From Auanema rhodensis (lineage: Eukaryota > Animalia > Nematoda): a DNA stretch of 64,000 bases. Below the pieces are notes generated by a model, which had not been told where the DNA came from, made no database searches, and saw only the letters and a program-made list of their open reading frames with translations. Numbering within the stretch: the first letter of the stretch is position 1; the number at the start of each line of letters is the position of its first letter. Positions 1-12,496 of this stretch are shown piece after piece. The position numbers and the translations under genes are program-made. The stretch covers positions 186,001-250,000 of the forward strand of contig CAXKVF010000085.1 in the NCBI GenBank assembly GCA_964057225.1. The letters are read 5' to 3'.

Positions 1-176
1 CACGTGAAAGATAAAGAGATGCGGTTTTCAAAATTTGATTCCCCATGTCCATATTAGTCTAAAAACAAATTTTTATTGATATTGGTTCATGGTAACCATG
101 ACTTTGAAATTTACGTGAACTTTAATTTATGCTAATTAAATGTACACGTGATGTGCACTTGGTATGTAACTCGCTT
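1..176 (+). repeat. Representative monomer (carries variants A36T and 87T)
   Basis: The next copy starts at 177. The 87G consensus has 57/176 G+C and five CpGs (monomer positions 3, 22, 114, 147, 172). Confidence 0.98.
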
Positions 177-3100
177 CACGTGGAAGATAAAGAGATGCGG
201 TTTTCAAAATTAGATTCCCCATGTCCATATTAATCTAAAAACAAATTTTTATTGATATTGGTTCATGGTAACCATGACTTTGAAATTTACGTGAACTTTA
301 ATTTATGCTAATTAAATGTACACGTGATGTGCACTTGGTATGTAACTCGCTTCACGTGGAAGATAAAAAGATGCGGTTTTCAAAATTAGATTCCCCATGT
401 CCATATTAGTCTAAAAACAAATTTTCATTGATATTGGTGCATGGTAACCATGACTTTGAAATTTACGTGAACTTTAATTTATGCTAATTAAATGTACACG
501 TGATGTGCACTTGGTATGTAACTCGCTTCACGTGAAAGATAAAGAGATGCCTTTTTCAAAATTAGATTCCCCATGTCCATATTAGTCTAAAAACAAATTT
601 TTATTGATATTGGTTAATGGTAACCATGACTTTGAAATTTACGTGAACTTTAATTTATGCTAATTAAATGTACACGTGATGTGCACTTGATATGTAACTC
701 GCTTCACGTGAAAGATAAAGAGATGCGGTTATCAAAATTAGATTCCCCATGTCCATATTAGTCTAAAAACAAATTTTTATTGATATTGGTGCATGGTAAC
801 CATGACTTTGAAATTTACGTGAACTTTAATTTATGCTAATTAAATGTACACGTGATGTGCACTTGGTATGTAACTCGCTTCACGTGAAAGATAAAGAGAT
901 GCGGTTTTCAAAATTAGATTCCCCATGTCCATATTAGTCTAAAAACAAATTTATATTGATATTGGTGCATGGTAACCATGACTTTGAAATTTACGTGAAC
1001 TTTAATTTTTGCTAATTAAATGTACACGTGATGTGCACTTGGTATGTAACTCGCTTCACGTGGAAGATAAAGAGATGCGGTTTTCAAAATTAGATTCCCC
1101 ATGTCCATATTAGTCTAAAAACAAATTTTTATTGATATTGGTGCATGGTAACCATGACTTTGAAATTTACGTGAACTTTAATTTATGCTAATTAAATGTA
1201 CACGTGATGTGCACTTGGTATGTAACTCGCTTCACGTGAAAGATAAAGAGATGCGGTTTTCAAAATTAGATTCCCCATGTCCATATTAGTCTAAAAACAA
1301 ATTTTTATTGATATTGGTTCATGGTAACCATGACTTTGAAATTTACGTGAACTTTAATTTATGCTAATTAAATGTACACGTGATGTGCACTTGGTATGTA
1401 ACTCGCTTCACGTGAAATATAAAGAGATGCGGTTTTCAAAATTAGATTCCCCATGTCCATATTAGTCTAAAAACAAATTTTTATTGATATTGGTGCATGG
1501 TAACCATGACTTTGAAATTTACGTGAACTTTAATTTATGCTAATTAAATGTACACGTGATGTGCACTTGGTATGTAACTCGCTTCACGTGAAAGATAAAG
1601 TGATGCGGTTTTCAAAATTAGATTCCCCATGTCCATATTAGTCTAAAAACAAATTTTTATTGATATTGGTTCATGGTAACCATGACTTTGAAATTTACGT
1701 GAACTTTAATTTATGCTAATTAAATGTACACGTGATGTGCACTTGGTATGTAACTCGCTTCACGTGGAAGATAAAGAGATGCGGTTTTCAAAATTAGATT
1801 CCCCATGTCCATATTAGTCTAAAAACAAATTTTTATTGATATTGGTGCATGGTAACCATGACTTTGAAATTTACGTGAACTTTAATTTATGCTAATTAAA
1901 TGTACACGTGATGTGCACTTGGTATGTAACTCGCTTCACGTGAAAGATAAAGAGATGCGGTTTTCAAAATTAGATTCCCCATGTCCATATTAGTCTAAAA
2001 ACAAATTTTTATTGATATTGGTGCATGGTAACCATGACTTTGAAATTTACGTGAACTTTAATTTATGCTAATTAAATGTACACGTGATGTGCACTTGGTA
2101 TGTAACTCGCTTCACGTGAAAGATAAAGAGATGCGGTTTTCAAAATTAGATTCCCCATGTCCATATTAGTCTAAAAACAAATTTTTATTGATATTGGTGC
2201 ATGGTAACCATGACTTTGAAATTTACGTGAACTTTAATTTATGCTAATTAAATGTACACGTGATGTGCACTTGATATGTAACTCGCTTCACGTGAAAGAT
2301 AAAGAGATGCGGTTTTCAAAATTAGATTCCCCATGTCCATATTAGTCTAAAAACAAATTTTTATTGATATTGGTGCATGGTAACCATGACTTTGAAATTT
2401 ACGTGAACTTTAATTTATGCTAATTAAATGTACACGTGATGTGCACTTGGTATGTAACTCGCTTCACGTGAAATATAAAGAGATGCGGTTTTCAAAATTA
2501 GATTCCCCATGTCCATATTAGTCTAAAAACAAATTTTTATTGATATTGGTGCATGGTAACCATGACTTTGAAATTTACGTGAACTTTAATTTATGCTAAT
2601 TAAATGTACACGTGATGTGCACTTGGTATGTAACTCGCTTCACGTGAAAGATAAAGTGATGCGGTTTTCAAAATTAGATTCCCCATGTCCATATTAGTCT
2701 AAAAACAGATTTTTATTGATATTGGTTCATGGTAACCATGACTTTGAAATTTACGTGAACTTTAATTTATGCTAATTAAATGTACACGTGATGTGCACTT
2801 GGTATGTAACTCGCTTCACGTGAAAGATAAAGAGATGCGGTTTTCAAAATTTGATTCCCCATGTCCATATTAGTCTAAAAACAAATTTTTATTGATATTG
2901 GTTCATGGTAACCATGACTTTGAAATTTACGTGAACTTTAATTTATGCTAATTAAATGTACACGTGATGTGCACTTGGTATGTAACTCGCTTCACGTGGA
3001 AGATAAAGAGATGCGGTTTTCAAAATTAGATTCCCCATGTCCATATTAATCTAAAAACAAATTTTTATTGATATTGGTTCATGGTAACCATGACTTTGAA

Positions 3101-4752
3101 ATTTACGTGAACTTTAATTTATGCTAATTAAATGTACACGTGATGTGCACTTGGTATGTAACTCGCTTCACGTGGAAGATAAAAAGATGCGGTTTTCAAA
3201 ATTAGATTCCCCATGTCCATATTAGTCTAAAAACAAATTTTCATTGATATTGGTGCATGGTAACCATGACTTTGAAATTTACGTGAACTTTAATTTATGC
3301 TAATTAAATGTACACGTGATGTGCACTTGGTATGTAACTCGCTTCACGTGAAAGATAAAGAGATGCCTTTTTCAAAATTAGATTCCCCATGTCCATATTA
3401 GTCTAAAAACAAATTTTTATTGATATTGGTTAATGGTAACCATGACTTTGAAATTTACGTGAACTTTAATTTATGCTAATTAAATGTACACGTGATGTGC
3501 ACTTGATATGTAACTCGCTTCACGTGAAAGATAAAGAGATGCGGTTTTCAAAATTAGATTCCCCATGTCCATATTAGTCTAAAAACAAATTTTTATTGAT
3601 ATTGGTGCATGGTAACCATGACTTTGAAATTTACGTGAACTTTAATTTATGCTAATTAAATGTACACGTGATGTGCACTTGGTATGTAACTCGCTTCACG
3701 TGAAAGATAAAGAGATGCGGTTTTCAAAATTAGATTCCCCATGTCCATATTAGTCTAAAAACAAATTTATATTGATATTGGTGCATGGTAACCATGACTT
3801 TGAAATTTACGTGAACTTTAATTTTTGCTAATTAAATGTACACGTGATGTGCACTTGGTATGTAACTCGCTTCACGTGGAAGATAAAGAGATGCGGTTTT
3901 CAAAATTAGATTCCCCATGTCCATATTAGTCTAAAAACAAATTTTTATTGATATTGGTGCATGGTAACCATGACTTTGAAATTTACGTGAACTTTAATTT
4001 ATGCTAATTAAATGTACACGTGATGTGCACTTGGTATGTAACTCGCTTCACGTGAAAGATAAAGAGATGCGGTTTTCAAAATTAGATTCCCCATGTCCAT
4101 ATTAGTCTAAAAACAAATTTTTATTGATATTGGTTCATGGTAACCATGACTTTGAAATTTACGTGAACTTTAATTTATGCTAATTAAATGTACACGTGAT
4201 GTGCACTTGGTATGTAACTCGCTTCACGTGAAATATAAAGAGATGCGGTTTTCAAAATTAGATTCCCCATGTCCATATTAGTCTAAAAACAAATTTTTAT
4301 TGATATTGGTGCATGGTAACCATGACTTTGAAATTTACGTGAACTTTAATTTATGCTAATTAAATGTACACGTGATGTGCACTTGGTATGTAACTCGCTT
4401 CACGTGAAAGATAAAGTGATGCGGTTTTCAAAATTAGATTCCCCATGTCCATATTAGTCTAAAAACAAATTTTTATTGATATTGGTTCATGGTAACCATG
4501 ACTTTGAAATTTACGTGAACTTTAATTTATGCTAATTAAATGTACACGTGATGTGCACTTGGTATGTAACTCGCTTCACGTGGAAGATAAAGAGATGCGG
4601 TTTTCAAAATTAGATTCCCCATGTCCATATTAGTCTAAAAACAAATTTTTATTGATATTGGTGCATGGTAACCATGACTTTGAAATTTACGTGAACTTTA
4701 ATTTATGCTAATTAAATGTACACGTGATGTGCACTTGGTATGTAACTCGCTT
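1..4752. repeat. Block duplication at 16-monomer (2816 bp) offset: monomers 1-11 repeated as monomers 17-27
   Basis: The same ordered variant series occurs from 1 and from 2817: A36T; A7G+G57A; A7G+G16A+T74C; GG23-24CT+C88A+G162A; plain; T73A+A129T; A7G; 87T; G10T; A17T; A7G. Confidence 0.9.
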
Positions 4753-7700
4753 CACGTGAAAGATAAAGAGATGCGGTTTTCAAAATTAGATTCCCCATGT
4801 CCATATTAGTCTAAAAACAAATTTTTATTGATATTGGTTCATGGTAACCATGACTTTGAAATTTACGTGAACTTTAATTTATGCTAATTAAATGTACACG
4901 TGATGTGCACTTGGTATGTAACTCGCTTCACGTGAAAGATAAAGAGATGCGGTTTTCAAAATTAGATTCCCCATGTCCATATTAGTCTAAAAACAAATTT
5001 TTATTGATATTGGTGCATGGTAACCATGACTTTGAAATTTACGTGAACTTTAATTTATGCTAATTAAATGTACACGTGATGTGCACTTGGTATGTAACTC
5101 GCTTCACGTGAAAGATAAAGAGATGCGGTTTTCAAAATTAGATTCCCCATGTCCATATTAATCTAAAAACAAATTTTTATTGATATTGGTTCATGGTAAC
5201 CATGACTTTGAAATTTACGTGAACTTTAATTTATGCTAATTAAATGTACACGTGATGTGCACTTGGTATGTAACTCGCTTCACGTGGAAGATAAAAAGAT
5301 GCGGTTTTCAAAATTAGATTCCCCATGTCCATATTAGTCTAAAAACAAATTTTCATTGATATTGGTGCATGGTAACCATGACTTTGAAATTTACGTGAAC
5401 TTTAATTTATGCTAATTAAATGTACACGTGATGTGCACTTGGTATGTAACTCGCTTCACGTGAAAGATAAAGAGATGCCTTTTTCAAAATTAGATTCCCC
5501 ATGTCCATATTAGTCTAAAAACAAATTTTTATTGATATTGGTTAATGGTAACCATGACTTTGAAATTTACGTGAACTTTAATTTATGCTAATTAAATGTA
5601 CACGTGATGTGCACTTGATATGTAACTCGCTTCACGTGAAAGATAAAGAGATGCGGTTTTCAAAATTAGATTCCCCATGTCCATATTAGTCTAAAAACAA
5701 ATTTTTATTGATATTGGTGCATGGTAACCATGACTTTGAAATTTACGTGAACTTTAATTTATGCTAATTAAATGTACACGTGATGTGCACTTGGTATGTA
5801 ACTCGCTTCACGTGAAAGATAAAGAGATGCGGTTTTCAAAATTAGATTCCCCATGTCCATATTAGTCTAAAAACAAATTTATATTGATATTGGTGCATGG
5901 TAACCATGACTTTGAAATTTACGTGAACTTTAATTTATGCTAATTAAATGTACACGTGATGTGCACTTGGTATGTAACTCGCTTCACGTGGAAGATAAAG
6001 AGATGCGGTTTTCAAAATTAGATTCCCCATGTCCATATTAGTCTAAAAACAAATTTTTATTGATATTGGTTCATGGTAACCATGACTTTGAAATTTACGT
6101 GAACTTTAATTTATGCTAATTAAATGTACACGTGATGTGCACTTGGTATGTAACTCGCTTCACGTGAAATGTAAAGAGATGCGGTTTTCAAAATTAGATT
6201 CCCCATGTCCATATTAGTCTAAAAACAAATTTTTATTGATATTGGTGCATGGTAACCATGACTTTGAAATTTACGTGAACTTTAATTTATGCTAATTAAA
6301 TGTACACGTGATGTGCACTTGGTATGTAACTCGCTTCACGTGAAAGATAAAGTGATGCGGTTTTCAAAATTAGATTCCCCATGTCCATATTAGTCTAAAA
6401 ACAAATTTTTATTGATATTGGTTCATGGTAACCATGACTTTGAAATTTACGTGAACTTTAATTTATGCTAATTAAATGTACACGTGATGTGCACTTGGTA
6501 TGTAACTCGCTTCACGTGGAAGATAAAGAGATGCGGTTTTCAAAATTAGATTCCCCATGTCCATATTAGTCTAAAAACAAATTTTTATTGATATTGGTGC
6601 ATGGTAACCATGACTTTGAAATTTACGTGAACTTTAATTTATGCTAATTAAATGTACACGTGATGTGCACTTGGTATGTAACTCGCTTCACGTGAAAGAT
6701 AAAGAGATGCGGTTTTCAAAATTAGATTCCCCATGTCCATATTAGTCTAAAAACAAATTTTTATTGATATTGGTTCATGGTAACCATGACTTTGAAATTT
6801 ACGTGAACTTTAATTTATGCTAATTAAATGTACACGTGATGTGCACTTGGTATGTAACTCGCTTCACGTGAAAGATAAAGAGATGCGGTTTTCAAAATTA
6901 GATTCCCCATGTCCATATTAGTCTAAAAACAAATTTTTATTGATATTGGTGCATGGTAACCATGACTTTGAAATTTACGTGAACTTTAATTTATGCTAAT
7001 TAAATGTACACGTGATGTGCACTTGGTATGTAACTCGCTTCACGTGAAAGATAAAGAGATGCGGTTTTCAAAATTAGATTCCCCATGTCCATATTAGTCT
7101 AAAAACAAATTTTTATTGATATTGGTTCATGGTAACCATGACTTTGAAATTTACGTGAACTTTAATTTATGCTAATTAAATGTACACGTGATGTGCACTT
7201 GGTATGTAACTCGCTTCACGTGGAAGATAAAGAGATGCGGTTTTCAAAATTAGATTCCCCATGTCCATATTAGTCTAAAAACAAATTTTTATTGATATTG
7301 GTGCATGGTAACCATGACTTTGAAATTTACGTGAACTTTAATTTATGCTAATTAAATGTACACGTGATGTGCACTTGGTATGTAACTCGCTTCACGTGAA
7401 AGATAAAGAGATGCGGTTTTCAAAATTAGATTCCCCATGTCCATATTAGTCCAAAAACAAATTTTTATTGATATTGGTGCATGGTAACCATGACTTTGAA
7501 ATTTACGTGAACTTTAATCTATGCTAATTAAATGTACACGTGATGTGCACTTGGTATGTAACTCGCTTCACGTGAAAGATAAAGAGATGCCTTTTTCAAA
7601 ATTAGATTCCCCATGTCCATATTAGTCTAAAAACAAATTTTTATTGATATTGGTTAATGGTAACCATGACTTTGAAATTTACGTGAACTTTAATTTATGC

Positions 7701-10700
7701 TAATTAAATGTACACGTGATGTGCACTTGATATGTAACTCGCTTCACGTGAAAGATAAAGAGATGCGGTTTTCAAAATTAGATTCCCCATGTCCATATTA
7801 GTCTAAAAACAAATTTTTATTGATATTGGTGCATGGTAACCATGACTTTGAAATTTACGTGAACTTTAATTTATGCTAATTAAATGTACACGTGATGTGC
7901 ACTTGGTATGTAACTCGCTTCACGTGAAAGATAAAGAGATGCGGTTTTCAAAATTAGATTCCCCATGTCCATATTAGTCTAAAAACAAATTTATATTGAT
8001 ATTGGTGCATGGTAACCATGACTTTGAAATTTACGTGAACTTTAATTTATGCTAATTAAATGTACACGTGATGTGCACTTGGTATGTAACTCGCTTCACG
8101 TGGAAGATAAAGAGATGCGGTTTTCAAAATTAGATTCCCCATGTCCATATTAGTCTAAAAACAAATTTTTATTGATATTGGTGCATGGTAACCATGACTT
8201 TGAAATTTACGTGAACTTTAATTTATGCTAATTAAATGTACACGTGATGTGCACTTGGTATGTAACTCGCTTCACGTGAAAGATAAAGAGATGCGGTTTT
8301 CAAAATTAGATTCCCCATGTCCATATTAGTCTAAAAACAAATTTTTATTGATATTGGTTCATGGTAACCATGACTTTGAAATTTACGTGAACTTTAATTT
8401 ATGCTAATTAAATGTACACGTGATGTGCACTTGGTATGTAACTCGCTTCACGTGAAATATAAAGAGATGCGGTTTTCAAAATTAGATTCCCCATGTCCAT
8501 ATTAGTCTAAAAACAAATTTTTATTGATATTGGTGCATGGTAACCATGACTTTGAAATTTACGTGAACTTTAATTTATGCTAATTAAATGTACACGTGAT
8601 GTGCACTTGGTATGTAACTCGCTTCACGTGAAAGATAAAGTGATGCGGTTTTCAAAATTAGATTCCCCATGTCCATATTAGTCTAAAAACAAATTTTTAT
8701 TGATATTGGTTCATGGTAACCATGACTTTGAAATTTACGTGAACTTTAATTTATGCTAATTAAATGTACACGTGATGTGCACTTGGTATGTAACTCGCTT
8801 CACGTGGAAGATAAAGAGATGCGGTTTTCAAAATTAGATTCCCCATGTCCATATTAGTCTAAAAACAAATTTTTATTGATATTGGTGCATGGTAACCATG
8901 ACTTTGAAATTTACGTGAACTTTAATTTATGCTAATTAAATGTACACGTGATGTGCACTTGGTATGTAACTCGCTTCACGTGAAAGATAAAGAGATGCGG
9001 TTTTCAAAATTAGATTCCCCATGTCCATATTAGTCTAAAAACAAATTTTTATTGATATTGGTTCATGGTAACCATGACTTTGAAATTTACGTGAACTTTA
9101 ATTTATGCTAATTAAATGTACACGTGATGTGCACTTGGTATGTAACTCGCTTCACGTGAAAGATAAAGAGATGCGGTTTTCAAAATTAGATTCCCCATGT
9201 CCATATTAGTCTAAAAACAAATTTTTATTGATATTGGTGCATGGTAACCATGACTTTGAAATTTACGTGAACTTTAATTTATGCTAATTAAATGTACACG
9301 TGATGTGCACTTGGTATGTAACTCGCTTCACGTGAAAGATAAAGAGATGCGGTTTTCAAAATTAGATTCCCCATGTCCATATTAGTCTAAAAACAAATTT
9401 TTATTGATATTGGTTCATGGTAACCATGACTTTGAAATTTACGTGAACTTTAATTTATGCTAATTAAATGTACACGTGATGTGCACTTGGTATGTAACTC
9501 GCTTCACGTGGAAGATAAAGAGATGCGGTTTTCAAAATTAGATTCCCCATGTCCATATTAGTCTAAAAACAAATTTTTATTGATATTGGTGCATGGTAAC
9601 CATGACTTTGAAATTTACGTGAACTTTAATTTATGCTAATTAAATGTACACGTGATGTGCACTTGGTATGTAACTCGCTTCACGTGGAAGATAAAGAGAT
9701 GCGGTTTTCAAAATTAGATTCCCCATGTCCATATTAGTCTAAAAACAAATTTTTATTGATATTGGTGCATGGTAACCATGACTTTGAAATTTACGTGAAC
9801 TTTAATTTATGCTAATTAAATGTACACGTGATGTGCACTTGGTATGTAACTTGCTTCACGTGAAAGATAAAGAGATGCGGTTTTCAAAATTAGATTCCCC
9901 ATGTCCATATTAGTCTAAAAACAAATTTTTATTGATATTGGTTAATGGTAACCATGACTTTGAAATTTACGTGAACTTTAATTTATGCTAATTAAATGTA
10001 CACGTGATGTGCACTTGGTATGTAACTCGCTTCACGTGAAAGATAAAGAGATGCGGTTTTCAAAATTAGATTCCCCATGTCCATATTAGTCTAAAAACAG
10101 ATTTTTATTGATATTGGTGCATGGTAACCATGACTTTGAAATTTACGTGAACTTTAATTTATGCTAATTAAATGTACACGTGATGTGCACTTGATATGTA
10201 ACTCGCTTCACGTGAAAGATAAAGAGATGCGGTTTTCAAAATTAGATTCCCCATGTCCATATTAGTCTAAAAACAAATTTTTATTGATATTGGTTCATGG
10301 TAACCATGACTTTGAAATTTACGTGAACTTTAATTTATGCTAATTAAATGTACACGTGATGTGCACTTGGTATGTAACTCGCTTCACGTGAAAGATAAAG
10401 AGATGCGGTTTTCAAAATTAGATTCCCCATGTCCATATTAGTCTAAAAACAGATTTTTATTGATATTGGTGCATGGTAACCATGACTTTGAAATTTACGT
10501 GAACTTTAATTTATGCTAATTAAATGTACACGTGATGTGCACTTGGTATGTAACTCGCTTCACGTGAAAGATAAAGAGATGCGGTTTTCAAAATTAGATT
10601 CCCCATGTCCATATTAGTCTAAAAACAATTTTTTATTGATATTGGTTCATGGTAACCATGACTTTGAAATTTACGTGAACTTTAATTTATGCTAATTAAA

Positions 10701-10736
10701 TGTACACGTGATGTGCACTTGGTATGTAACTCGCTT

Positions 10737-12496
10737 CACGTGAAAGATAAAGAGATGCGGTTTTCAAAATTAGATTCCCCATGTCCATATTAGTCTAAAA
10801 ACAAATTTATATTGATATTGGTGCATGGTAACCATGACTTTGAAATTTACGTGAACTTTAATTTATGCTAATTAAATGTACACGTGATGTGCACTTGGTA
10901 TGTAACTCGCTTCACGTGGAAGATAAAGAGATGCGGTTTTCAAAATTAGATTCCCCATGTCCATATTAGTCTAAAAACAAATTTTTATTGATATTGGTGC
11001 ATGGTAACCATGACTTTGAAATTTACGTGAACTTTAATTTATGCTAATTAAATGTACACGTGATGTGCACTTGGTATGTAACTCGCTTCACGTGAAAGAT
11101 AAAGAGATGCGGTTTTCAAAATTAGATTCCCCATGTCCATATTAGTCTAAAAACAAATTTTTATTGATATTGGTTCATGGTAACCATGACTTTGAAATTT
11201 ACGTGAACTTTAATTTATGCTAATTAAATGTACACGTGATGTGCACTTGGTATGTAACTCGCTTCACGTGAAATATAAAGAGATGCGGTTTTCAAAATTA
11301 GATTCCCCATGTCCATATTAGTCTAAAAACAAATTTTTATTGATATTGGTGCATGGTAACCATGACTTTGAAATTTACGTGAACTTTAATTTATGCTAAT
11401 TAAATGTACACGTGATGTGCACTTGGTATGTAACTCGCTTCACGTGAAAGATAAAGTGATGCGGTTTTCAAAATTAGATTCCCCATGTCCATATTAGTCT
11501 AAAAACAAATTTTTATTGATATTGGTTCATGGTAACCATGACTTTGAAATTTACGTGAACTTTAATTTATGCTAATTAAATGTACACGTGATGTGCACTT
11601 GGTATGTAACTCGCTTCACGTGGAAGATAAAGAGATGCGGTTTTCAAAATTAGATTCCCCATGTCCATATTAGTCTAAAAACAAATTTATATTGATATTG
11701 GTGCATGGTAACCATGACTTTGAAATTTACGTGAACTTTAATTTATGCTAATTAAATGTACACGTGATGTGCACTTGGTATGTAACTCGCTTCACGTGGA
11801 AGATAAAGAGATGCGGTTTTCAAAATTAGATTCCCCATGTCCATATTAGTCTAAAAACAAATTTTTATTGATATTGGTGCATGGTAACCATGACTTTGAA
11901 ATTTACGTGAACTTTAATTTATGCTAATTAAATGTACACGTGATGTGCACTTGGTATGTAACTCGCTTCACGTGAAAGATAAAGAGATGCGGTTTTCAAA
12001 ATTAGATTCCCCATGTCCATATTAGTCTAAAAACAAATTTTTATTGATATTGGTTCATGGTAACCATGACTTTGAAATTTACGTGAACTTTAATTTATGC
12101 TAATTAAATGTACACGTGATGTGCACTTGGTATGTAACTCGCTTCACGTGAAATATAAAGAGATGCGGTTTTCAAAATTAGATTCCCCATGTCCATATTA
12201 GTCTAAAAACAAATTTTTATTGATATTGGTGCATGGTAACCATGACTTTGAAATTTACGTGAACTTTAATTTATGCTAATTAAATGTACACGTGATGTGC
12301 ACTTGGTATGTAACTCGCTTCACGTGAAAGATAAAGTGATGCGGTTTTCAAAATTAGATTCCCCATGTCCATATTAGTCTAAAAACAAATTTTTATTGAT
12401 ATTGGTTCATGGTAACCATGACTTTGAAATTTACGTGAACTTTAATTTATGCTAATTAAATGTACACGTGATGTGCACTTGGTATGTAACTCGCTT
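10737..12496. repeat. 5-monomer (880 bp) tandem duplication
   Basis: The series T73A, A7G, 87T, G10T, A17T occurs at 10737-11616 and again at 11617-12496. Confidence 0.85.

Noticed and set aside
145-152. Yeast-type point centromere (CDEI-CDEII-CDEIII)
   Set aside because: Only the 8-bp CDEI-like match is present. There is no >90% AT CDEII of about 80 bp and no CDEIII, and point centromeres are not tandem arrays.
1-176. Tandem 5S rRNA, tRNA, snRNA or spliced-leader gene array
   Set aside because: I recognise no similarity to these RNAs and see no convincing Pol III internal promoter boxes or cloverleaf. An Infernal/Rfam search would be the definitive test.
1-176. Assignment to a known satellite of similar length (alpha satellite, CEN180, CentBr, honeybee AluI)
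   Set aside because: Only the length is similar. There is no CENP-B box and no HindIII or AluI site in the consensus (AGCT arises only via rare A119G). I cannot name the family without a database search.
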